A DNA stretch of 7,920 nucleotides. It comes from a virus. Taxonomy: Duplodnaviria; Heunggongvirae; Uroviricota; Caudoviricetes. A program made the position numbers and the translations under genes. The notes under the pieces are model-generated. The model had not been told where the DNA came from. It worked only from the letters and a program-made list of their open reading frames with translations, and made no database searches. Below, in pieces: positions 1 through 7,019 of the stretch. Location of the stretch: IMG/VR virus record IMGVR_UViG_2703719368_000005, one strand, 5' to 3'. How positions within the stretch are numbered: the stretch's first letter is position 1; each line of letters begins with the position of its first letter.

Positions 1-171
1 GTATTCCTGCATTAACAGAGACTGCAGCCCGACCGGGAGACTCCTCTGCGAGAGTGGGCGGGGATAATCAAAAACGATACACACCGGGGTTTACCGCGTT
101 AACGGAGCGCGGTGTTGTCCCCTCATAGTCGCCAGTCCGGTGCGATGGTGGAAGAAACTGGATTTTGTTGC

Positions 172-192
172 AAATGATAACCATTATCATTT
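172..192. repeat. Inverted repeat AAATGATAA-CCA-TTATCATTT; its core TGATAAC-C-ATTATCA resembles a Fur-box 7-1-7 palindrome
   Basis: Read directly: 9-bp perfectly complementary arms (172-180 and 184-192) around a 3-bp spacer, in non-coding DNA upstream of the terminase genes. The 15-mer at 174-188 matches the Fur 7-1-7 consensus TGATAAT-n-ATTATCA at 14 of 15 positions. The structure is certain; the function is not. Confidence 0.45.
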
Positions 193-228
193 TTTGCGGG
201 TCCTCCTGGTGGGGTGGGCCTGAACACG

Positions 229-240
229 GGGCGGGCGGGC
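229..240 (+). other. Putative cosN cohesive-end site (GGGCGGGCGGGC) of a lambda-like cos region
   Basis: ACGGGGCGGGCGGGCGCGG at 226-244 resembles the lambda cosN context ACGGGGCGGCGACCTCGCGGG as I recall it. It lies about 200 bp upstream of the small terminase start (about 190 bp in lambda). Downstream, TCGTCAT...AACTTGTTGTTTTTAATG (272-311) parallels lambda cosB TCGTCATAACTTAATGTTTTTATTT. Exact nick positions cannot be derived from sequence alone. Confidence 0.35.
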
Positions 241-279
241 GCGGAAAAAGGCGCATTTTTGTGATTTTATCGTCATCAT

Positions 280-289
280 CATCATGATG
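280..289. repeat. Perfect 10-bp palindrome CATCATGATG inside a (CAT)n/ATGATG-rich tract; possible cosB-like terminase binding element
   Basis: Read directly: CATCATGATG equals its own reverse complement. A related GATGATGATTGTGG element lies at 326-339. Both fall between the putative cosN and the small terminase start, where lambda carries its R sites and IHF site. Confidence 0.3.
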
Positions 290-429
290 GTAACTTGTTG
301 TTTTTAATGCTGTTAGTATTAAAAAGATGATGATTGTGGTTGTTTTTTGTTCGACATCTTTATATGGCGGCATTTCTTTACAAAAAAACAGAGTCACTTC
401 TGTTCTGCGGTTTATGTGGAGGGATGTAA

Positions 430-906
430 ATGGACGGCGAGCTGAAAAATATGAAGTTAAATATTAATCAACTGGCAGCCCTTTCAGGTCTGCACCGGCA
501 GACTGTTGCCGCCAGAATGGCGGATGTTCCTCTTGCACCAGGCAGTAATGAAAAGAAAAAACTGTATCTCCTGACGGATTTGATAACTTCGTTGCTGGAA
601 AAACCACCATCTTCCGAAGATGAGGATATGGATCCTCACGCTCGTAAGGCATGGTATCAGTCCGAGCGCGAGCGTCTTAAATTTCAGCATGAAACTGTTC
701 AGCTTGTGCCAGTCAGTGATGTCAGGCGGTCCTTTTCTGTCGTGGTGAAAGCGATAGTTCAGGTACTGGAAACCTGGCCTGACCGGCTGGAGAGGGACAG
801 GGGGTGGACCGCATCACAACTGAATGAAGTACAGATTGTGGTTGATGAGATCCGCGACACACTGGAAAAGGCAGTCATTGACTGTTGTGATGAGGCCGAT
901 ATGTGA
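430..906 (+). CDS. nu1: Terminase small subunit, lambda Nu1-like (N-terminal winged-HTH DNA-binding domain)
   Basis: ORF 430..906, 158 aa. GGAGG at 418-422 sits 7 nt upstream of the ATG. The N-terminus (K)LNINQLAALSGLHRQTVAARMADVP parallels lambda Nu1 MEVNKKQLADIFGASIRTIQNWQEQGMP (N-x-x-QLA...G...T......MP pattern). It directly precedes and overlaps the large terminase gene (ATGTGA at 901-906). An internal ATG at 451 is an alternative start. Confidence 0.85.
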   Translation: MDGELKNMKLNINQLAALSGLHRQTVAARMADVPLAPGSNEKKKLYLLTDLITSLLEKPPSSEDEDMDPHARKAWYQSERERLKFQHETVQLVPVSDVRRSFSVVVKAIVQVLETWPDRLERDRGWTASQLNEVQIVVDEIRDTLEKAVIDCCDEADM

Positions 907-3026
907 ATCAGGTGAACGAGAGCCATAGCCGCGCATCCGATATCTGGCGCGAAGTGGCCTCGCTGTTTCGCCCACCCAGCCGGTTACCAGTAGCGGAAGC
1001 CATCAGGCGTTATATGCGGGTTCCACGGGGAGCCAATACTTCCGGTCCGTGGGAGTCATCGCTGACGCCCTATATGATTGACCCCATTAATACATTATCA
1101 GCCCGTGAATATGACGCGGTGGTGTTTGTGGGACCTGCGCGAACCGGGAAAACCGAAGGGCTGATTGATGGCTGGATTGTGTACGGCATCATCTGTGATC
1201 CGGCGGATATGCTGGTGGTGCAGATGACTGAGACGAAGGCGCGTGAGCATTCCAGAACGCGTCTTTCCAGGACGTTTCGCCACAGTCCGGAGGTCAGCAA
1301 GCGCCTCAGTCCTTCCCGTAATGACAACAACGTCCACGATAAAATGTTTCTTGACGGCTCCTTCCTGAAGATTGGCTGGCCGTCGATCACCGTCTTTTCC
1401 TCTTCGGATTACCGTCGTGTGGCGCTGACGGATTATGACCGTTTCCCTGAAAATGTGGACGGGGAAGGGGATGCCTTCACGCTGGCCTCAAAGCGTACCA
1501 CCACCTTTATGTCCTCGGGGATGACCCTGGTCGAGAGTTCACCGGGGCGGGATATCACCGATACCAAATGGCGTTGTGGTGGCGCACATGAGGCACCGCC
1601 AACAACGGGGATCCTGTCACTGTATAACCGGGGAGACCGCCGCCGGTGGTACTGGCCGTGTCCGCACTGCGGGGAATATTTTCAGCCGGTGATGGATAAC
1701 ATGACCGGATACCGGAATAACCCGGATTTTGTGGCTGCCGGTCAGGCTGCCCGTCTGATGTGTCCGCATTGTCGCGGGCTGATTGCCCCTGAGCAGAAAC
1801 GCGAACTGAATAACCAGGGGATCTGGCTTCGTGAAGGTGAACGGGCGGCGGCGGACGGCAGTATCACCGGAACGCCACGAAACTCCCGGATTGCGTCATT
1901 TTGGATGGAGGGGCCAGCTGCGGCGTTTCAGACCTGGGAACAACTGATTTTTAAACTGCTGGCGGCAGAAGAAGAGTATGAGCGAACCGGCAGTGAAGAG
2001 ACCCTGAAAGCGGTGGTGAACACCGATATCGGACGACCCTATCTGCCCCGTTCAGCCACGGAACAGCGTAAAAGTGAACTGCTTGAACAGCGTGCCGAGC
2101 CGTTTCCCCGGCGATCTGTGCCGGATGGTGTGCGTTTTATTGAGGCAACGGTTGACGTACAGGGCGGTAAAAATCGCCGTTTTGTTGTGCAGATCACCGG
2201 ATACGGAGAGCAGGGGGAACGCTGGATTGTTGATCGCTACAACATCCGGCATTCACTGCGCTGCAGTCCCAACGGTGAAAGTCTGCCGGTTGATCCGGCG
2301 GCATATCCGGAGGACTGGGATTTGTTGCTGACGGATGTGTTCCATAAAACATGGCCGCTGGCTTCTGATCCGGATGTGCGCATGCGTCTGATGGCCATGG
2401 CGGTGGATACGGGAGGGGAAGCCGGGGTGACAGATAACGCCTATCGTTTCTGGCGTCGTTGCCGGAGTGACGGACTGGGCAACAGGGTGTTTCTGTTCAA
2501 GGGGGATGGACTTCGCCGTGACAGGCTGATTAACCGAACCTTCCCGGATAATACCGGCAGAAGTGCCCGCCGTGCCAGAGCCAGTGGCGATGTCGCGCTG
2601 TGGCTGGTTCAGACGGATGCGTTTAAGGATCGTGTAAATAATGCCCTGTGGCGTGACACACCAGGGCCGAACTATATCCACTTTCCCGACTGGCTGGGGC
2701 GGTGGTTTTACGATGAGCTGACCTATGAAGAGCGCGGCAGTGACGGAAAATGGCGAAAACCGGGCAGGGGCGCTAACGAAGCGTTTGACCTGCTGGTTTA
2801 TGCGGATGCGCTTGCCGTTCTGCATGGTTACGAAAAGATCCGCTGGCCCTCCGCACCGGACTGGGCACAGCGGGAAACGTGGCTCGTCTTCCCGCAGGAG
2901 CGTTCTGGTGAAACGGTATCCCCGGAACTGACGGCCGGGGCAGAAAAACGCCGTCGCCGGAAGAAAAAACTGTGGACGGAGCGTGCGGAAGATAATCCAT
3001 GGATAACATCAGGAGGCTGGTTGTGA
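903..3026 (+). CDS. A: Terminase large subunit, lambda gpA family (ATPase plus endonuclease)
   Basis: ORF 903..3026, 707 aa, GTG start overlapping the upstream stop. The N-terminal ...EVASLFRPPS... matches lambda gpA ...GLRSLFRPEP... at the same distance from the start. Walker A GPARTGKT at 1131-1154. Paired CPHC motifs at 1659-1670 and 1761-1772 (WPCPHCGEYF ... MCPHCRGL) parallel gpA ACPHCGEE. Size and position fit the family. Confidence 0.95.
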   Translation: MNQVNESHSRASDIWREVASLFRPPSRLPVAEAIRRYMRVPRGANTSGPWESSLTPYMIDPINTLSAREYDAVVFVGPARTGKTEGLIDGWIVYGIICDPADMLVVQMTETKAREHSRTRLSRTFRHSPEVSKRLSPSRNDNNVHDKMFLDGSFLKIGWPSITVFSSSDYRRVALTDYDRFPENVDGEGDAFTLASKRTTTFMSSGMTLVESSPGRDITDTKWRCGGAHEAPPTTGILSLYNRGDRRRWYWPCPHCGEYFQPVMDNMTGYRNNPDFVAAGQAARLMCPHCRGLIAPEQKRELNNQGIWLREGERAAADGSITGTPRNSRIASFWMEGPAAAFQTWEQLIFKLLAAEEEYERTGSEETLKAVVNTDIGRPYLPRSATEQRKSELLEQRAEPFPRRSVPDGVRFIEATVDVQGGKNRRFVVQITGYGEQGERWIVDRYNIRHSLRCSPNGESLPVDPAAYPEDWDLLLTDVFHKTWPLASDPDVRMRLMAMAVDTGGEAGVTDNAYRFWRRCRSDGLGNRVFLFKGDGLRRDRLINRTFPDNTGRSARRARASGDVALWLVQTDAFKDRVNNALWRDTPGPNYIHFPDWLGRWFYDELTYEERGSDGKWRKPGRGANEAFDLLVYADALAVLHGYEKIRWPSAPDWAQRETWLVFPQERSGETVSPELTAGAEKRRRRKKKLWTERAEDNPWITSGGWL

Positions 3027-3235
3027 GCACAGAAGAAGCCAGAGAAATGATACAGCGGTACCGTGAAGCGGAAATGGCCGTACTGGAGGGAAAGTCTGTC
3101 ACCTTCAACGGGCAGCAACTGACGCTGGAAAGCCTTTCTCAGATCCGCGCCGGACGTCAGGAGTGGGAACGCAGGCTTGCCGCGATGGTGAGCCGCAGGC
3201 GGGGAAAACCGGGATTTAAACTGGCGAGGTTTTAA
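3023..3235 (+). CDS. W: Head-tail joining / head completion protein, lambda gpW-like
   Basis: ORF 2999..3235 in the track; I favour the GTG at 3023 (AGGAGG at 3011-3016, 6 nt upstream, GTGA overlap with the terminase stop), giving about 70 aa against 68 aa for lambda W. The C-terminal ...RRRGKPGF... matches lambda W ...QRRRGPAGFYV, and the internal pattern (G-K-x-V, F-x-G, L-x-x-I) is shared. The ATG at 2999 is an alternative start. Confidence 0.8.
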   Translation: MSTEEAREMIQRYREAEMAVLEGKSVTFNGQQLTLESLSQIRAGRQEWERRLAAMVSRRRGKPGFKLARF

Positions 3236-4636
3236 TGGCAATTATTGATGATGTGATCGGCGTGTTTTCCCCCGGGTGGAAAGCAGCCAGACTGCGTTCA
3301 AGGGCGTTAATCATGGCCTATGAGGCGGTGAAACCGACCCGGACACATAAAGCCCGGCGGGAAAATCGCTCTGCTGATCAGCTCAGTAAATACGGTGCGG
3401 TTTCCCTGCGGGAGCAGGCCCGTTTTCTGGATATCAATCATGACCTGGTGATTGGTGTGTTTGACAAGCTGGAAGAGCGGGTGATTGGTGCCAGGGGAAT
3501 TATTGTGGAGCCTCAGCCATTACGAAAAAACGGGGAAATGGCGGCTGAGCTGGCTGCGGGATGGTGAAGTGTTTGCGCAGATGGTCAGTGGTGCGGGAAA
3601 CGGTCTGGAACGGACGGCGGGAGTGCCATTCTGGCTTGAGGCGATGGAGCCGGATTTTGTTCCCATGCGCACTGATGAATCCGCCGGACTGAATCAGGGG
3701 GTTTTTCTTGATGAGTGGGGAAGACCGAAAAAATATCTGGTTTATAAAAATTATCCGGTCAGCGGCCGGCAGAGTGATACGAAAGAAATCGCTGCCGGAA
3801 AAATGATCCACCTGAAGTTCACTCGTCGTCTGCATCAGACGCGAGGCTCATCCATGTTATCGGGGGTGCTGATGCGGATCAGTGCCCTTAAGGAGTATGA
3901 GGATGCGGAACTGACAGCGGCGCGTATTGCTGCGGCGCTGGGACTGTATATCCGTAAAGGTGACGGACAGGACTATGAAGATCCGGGGATCAAAGAGACC
4001 GAGCGGGAAGTCCATATCACCCCGGGTATTATTTATGACGATTTGCGCAAGGGCGAGGATATCGGCATGGTCAAATCTGACCGTCCCAATCCCAACCTTG
4101 AAACTTTCCGCAACGGCCAGTTGCGTGCAGTGGCAGCAGGCAGTCGTCTGAGTTTTTCCAGTGCGGCGCGTAACTATAACGGCACCTACAGCGCCCAGCG
4201 GCAGGAGCTGGTCGAGTCCACGGATGGTTACCTGATCCTGCAGGACTGTTTTATTGGCGCGGTAACCCGCCCGGTGTACCGGACATGGCTGAATATGGTG
4301 GTTGCGGCAGGTCTGCTGAAAATTCCGGCGGATGTGGAGATGAAAACGCTATATAACGCGACGTATTCCGGTCCGGTGATGCCGTGGATCGACCCGGTTA
4401 AGGAAGCTGAAGCCTGGAGAATTCAGATCCGGGGTGGTGCAGCGACAGAATCTGACTGGGTGCGTGCCGGTGGGCGCAATCCGGATGAGGTCAAACGTCG
4501 CCGCAAGGCTGAAATTGATGAAAACAGCAGACTGGGGCTGGTCTTTGATACTGACCCCGTCAACGACAAAGGAGGCAACAGTGCCGGAACTGAACGACAG
4601 TATCAGCGCGACACCGAAAGCCAGCATGAAGAATAA
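3235..4636 (+). CDS. B: Portal protein, lambda gpB family; reading frame interrupted once between 3485 and 3567 (N-terminal part 3235..3567, C-terminal part open from 3485 to 4636)
   Basis: The ATG at 3235 overlaps the gpW stop (TAATG). The two track ORFs (110 aa and 383 aa) overlap by 83 nt in different frames; the merged span is 1402 nt (3n+1), consistent with one extra base. Position between W and the head protease and a combined length of about 466 aa fit a lambda-type portal. The C-terminal segment NYNGTYSAQRQELVESTDGYLILQDCFIGAVTRPVYRTWLNMVVAAGLLKIP resembles my recollection of lambda gpB. Confidence 0.8.
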
Positions 4637-6605
4637 ATCCTGGTTCAGGATGCAAGCTGGGGGGCCGGGTGACGCGGATATTTATATTTATGACGAGATT
4701 GGTTTCTGGGGAGTTACCGCGAAGCAGTTTGTCAGCGAACTGAATGCACTGGGTGATATCACCCACATTAATCTCCATATCAATTCACCGGGTGGCGATG
4801 TCTTTGAAGGCATCGCCATTTTTAATGCCCTGAAAAATCAGGGGGCGACCATTACCGTGTATGTGGATGGCGTTGCCGCCTCGATGGCATCTGTGATTGC
4901 GATGGCCGGTGATACGGTCATTATGCCGGAAAATGCCTTCATGATGATCCATAAGCCATGGGGATTCAGTGGCGGGGATGCTGAGGATATGCGCAGTTAT
5001 GCCGATTTGCTGGATAAAGTCGAATCGGTACTGTTGCCAGCCTATGCGCAGAAAACCGGAAAAACCACCGATGAAATTGCCGCCATGCTGGCGGATGAAA
5101 CCTGGATGTCCGGTGCCGAATGTCTGGCACACGGATTTGCTGACCAGGTGACACCCGCTGTTGAGGCAATGGCATGTATTCAGTCAAAACGTACAGAGGA
5201 ATTTAAAAAGATGCCGGAATCCATCCGAAACATGATTACTCCGCCACGCAACAGTGCCCCGCGTGATACCACAGTGACAATCCCTGCACCGGCGGTAACA
5301 GAACCATCACCGGTACCGGCAGTGTCTGATGAGGCGACCATTCGCGCCCGCGTTATGGCTGAGCAGAAAGCCCGCATGTCAGGCATTAACGATCTGTTTG
5401 CCATGTTCGGCGGTCGCTATCAGACGCTTCAGGCACAGTGCGTGGCTGATCCTGACTGTTCGCTGGAAATGGCCCGTGAACGTCTGCTGAATGAAATGGG
5501 CAAGGAGTCCTCGCCGACCAACAAAAATACACCGGCTCATATTTATGCCGGAAACGGCAATTTTGTGGGGGACGGGATCCGCCAGGCGATGCTGGCCCGT
5601 GCCGGATTTGAAAATGTCGAGAAGGATAACGCCTATAACGGGATGACCCTGCGTGAATGGGCTCGCATGTCACTGACGGAGCGCGGTATTGGGGTGGCCA
5701 GTTATAACCCCATGCAGATGGTCGGGCTGGCGCTGACGCACAGCACCTCTGATTTTGGCAATATTCTGCTGGATGTGTCGAACAAGGGGCTGATCCAGGG
5801 CTGGGAGGAATCAGAAGAAACCTTCCAGAAGTGGACCCGTAAGGGACGCCTGTCAGACTTCAAAACAGCGTATCGCGTGGGGATGGGCGGTTTTGGTTCT
5901 CTGCGCCAGGTTCGTGAGGGGGCGGAGTATAAATACATCACCACCTCAGATCGCAAGGAGACCATTGCACTGGCCACTTACGGGGAGATTTTCTCCATCA
6001 CCCGCCAGGCCATTATCAATGATGATCTGAATATGCTGGTGGACGTGCCGATGAAGATGGGGCGTGCGGCGAAGGCAACGATTGGTGACCTGGTTTACAA
6101 GGTGCTGACGGATAACCCGAAACTGTCCGACGGTAAGGCGCTGTTCCATGCCGATCACAAAAATATTGCCACCGGGGGGATCTCCGTTTCCGGACTGGAT
6201 GCGGCCCGTCAGATGATGCGCCTGCAGAAAGAAGGCGATCGTGCCCTGAATATCCGTCCGGCCTTTATGCTGGTACCGGTGGCACTGGAGACGGTGGCGA
6301 ACCAGACCATCAAATCGGCCAGTGTGAAAGGGGCGGATGCAAACGCCGGTGTCATTAACCCTATCCAGAACTTTGCTGAGGTGATTGCAGAAGCGCGTCT
6401 TGATGCGGCAGACCCGAAAACCTGGTATCTGGCGGCGGCACAGGGCACTGACACCATTGAAGTGGCCTGGCTGGATGGTGTGGACACGCCATACATTGAT
6501 CAGCAGGAAGGTTTCACCACTGACGGCATTGCCACAAAAATCCGTATTGATGCCGGAGTGGCACCACTTGACTGGCGCGGGCTGGTGCGTTCGTCGGTGG
6601 CCTGA
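4581..6605 (+). CDS. Prohead protease (ClpP / S14-like) fused to linker (scaffold-like) and major capsid protein domain, as one polyprotein
   Basis: ORF 4434..6605 is open, but the likely start is the GTG at 4581 (GGAGG at 4571-4575, 5-nt spacer) or the ATG at 4626, since the portal ends at 4636. ClpP signature motifs: HINSPGGDV (E. coli ClpP INSPGGVI), GVAASMAS with the serine codon at 4881-4883 (ClpP QAASMGA), MMIHKPWG with the histidine codon at 4950-4952 (ClpP VMIHQPLGG). A Pro/Ala/Thr-rich linker at about 5236-5333 is followed by a roughly 360-aa C-terminal domain (about 5520-6605) in the position and size of a major capsid protein. Confidence 0.85.
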   Translation: MPELNDSISATPKASMKNKSWFRMQAGGPGDADIYIYDEIGFWGVTAKQFVSELNALGDITHINLHINSPGGDVFEGIAIFNALKNQGATITVYVDGVAASMASVIAMAGDTVIMPENAFMMIHKPWGFSGGDAEDMRSYADLLDKVESVLLPAYAQKTGKTTDEIAAMLADETWMSGAECLAHGFADQVTPAVEAMACIQSKRTEEFKKMPESIRNMITPPRNSAPRDTTVTIPAPAVTEPSPVPAVSDEATIRARVMAEQKARMSGINDLFAMFGGRYQTLQAQCVADPDCSLEMARERLLNEMGKESSPTNKNTPAHIYAGNGNFVGDGIRQAMLARAGFENVEKDNAYNGMTLREWARMSLTERGIGVASYNPMQMVGLALTHSTSDFGNILLDVSNKGLIQGWEESEETFQKWTRKGRLSDFKTAYRVGMGGFGSLRQVREGAEYKYITTSDRKETIALATYGEIFSITRQAIINDDLNMLVDVPMKMGRAAKATIGDLVYKVLTDNPKLSDGKALFHADHKNIATGGISVSGLDAARQMMRLQKEGDRALNIRPAFMLVPVALETVANQTIKSASVKGADANAGVINPIQNFAEVIAEARLDAADPKTWYLAAAQGTDTIEVAWLDGVDTPYIDQQEGFTTDGIATKIRIDAGVAPLDWRGLVRSSVA

Positions 6606-6627
6606 TAACCGCGTTATCACAATCACT

Positions 6628-6646
6628 GCCCGAAAGGGCTTTTTTT
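6628..6646 (+). terminator. Candidate weak intrinsic terminator / attenuator after the capsid gene (GCCC-GAAA-GGGC stem-loop plus T7)
   Basis: Read directly: 4-bp G/C stem (6628-6631 with 6636-6639), GAAA tetraloop (6632-6635), seven T residues (6640-6646), 23 nt after the capsid stop. The stem is short, so termination is probably partial at most. Confidence 0.35.
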
Positions 6647-6692
6647 ATGCCTGAAAAACAGCCCCACAGGGGCTGTCCGGAGAAACAGCATT

Positions 6693-7019
6693 ATGGCGAA
6701 AAATTTTGTACAGGACGGTACCACCATTGAACTGGTGAATGCCGGAGATCAGACCATCCTGAGCGGTGCTGCGGTGGTGGTCGGCAGTATGGTGGCCGTG
6801 GCCATTACCGATATTCCTGCCGGTGAGGCCGGTGACGGTTTTGCCGAAGGCGTGTTCCTGCTGCCCAAACAGTCTGCTGACGACATTCAGTCCGGCGCGG
6901 TGGTTTATCTGAAGGACGGGGTTGTGCAGCTGGCTGCAGACGGTGCGGTGGCAGCGGGGGTAGCCTGGGAAAATGCCCCTGCAAACAGCGCCACTGTGGC
7001 GGTAAAAATCAATGTCTGA
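6693..7019 (+). CDS. Small capsid-associated protein, DUF2190-like (possible head decoration protein)
   Basis: ORF 6693..7019, 108 aa, Gly/Ala/Val-rich (MAKNFVQDGTTIEL...AVKINV). GGAG at 6679-6682. It sits immediately downstream of the major capsid domain, where decoration proteins are usually encoded. The family assignment is from memory of DUF2190 proteins and is unverified. Confidence 0.55.
   Translation: MAKNFVQDGTTIELVNAGDQTILSGAAVVVGSMVAVAITDIPAGEAGDGFAEGVFLLPKQSADDIQSGAVVYLKDGVVQLAADGAVAAGVAWENAPANSATVAVKINV

Noticed and set aside
68-397. Minus-strand ORF of 109 aa containing HHDDDDDK and other low-complexity stretches
   Set aside because: It lies across the cos-like, repeat-rich non-coding region. 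Its composition comes from translating the CATCAT/ATGATG repeats and AT-rich tracts, and it has no recognisable motif or credible RBS. Most likely a spurious ORF.
380-429. Dedicated promoter directly upstream of the small terminase gene
   Set aside because: No convincing -35/-10 pair, and late genes of lambdoid phages are normally transcribed from a distant antiterminated late promoter. Only the RBS at 418-422 is supported.
424-432. ATG-TAA mini-ORF immediately before the Nu1-like start (ATGTAAATG)
   Set aside because: A one-codon ORF is most likely incidental, and there is no basis for a regulatory role without data.
2074-2331. Out-of-frame plus-strand ORFs nested in larger genes (also 2725..2931, 3927..4151, 4969..5151, 6385..6654)
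   Set aside because: Each is embedded in an alternative frame of a well-supported gene and has a low-complexity, Cys/Arg-rich translation. No evidence of overlapping genes.
2253-2825. Minus-strand ORF of 190 aa antisense to the large terminase gene (similar antisense ORFs at 1070..1390, 2828..3241, 5946..6626, 6645..7076, 7088..7471)
   Set aside because: All lie entirely inside strongly supported plus-strand genes. They are R/H/P/C-rich with no motifs, as expected from antisense translation of GC-rich coding DNA.
3235-3567. Treating the 110-aa ORF as an independent small gene between W and the portal
   Set aside because: On its own the 383-aa downstream ORF is too short for a lambda-type portal, and its first in-frame start-like codon (TTG at 3485) is internal and has no RBS. 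The two ORFs together give a portal-sized product, so a single gene with one frame break is the simpler reading.
3485-3567. Programmed ribosomal frameshift in the portal gene
   Set aside because: There is no canonical slippery heptamer with a downstream structure, and programmed frameshifting is established for tail chaperone genes, not portals. An indel is more likely.
4434-4580. Using the first in-frame ATG (4434) as the start of the protease-capsid gene
   Set aside because: That would overlap the portal gene by about 200 nt. The GTG at 4581 with GGAGG 5 nt upstream (or the ATG at 4626) is far more plausible, and the ClpP-like homology begins downstream of 4626.
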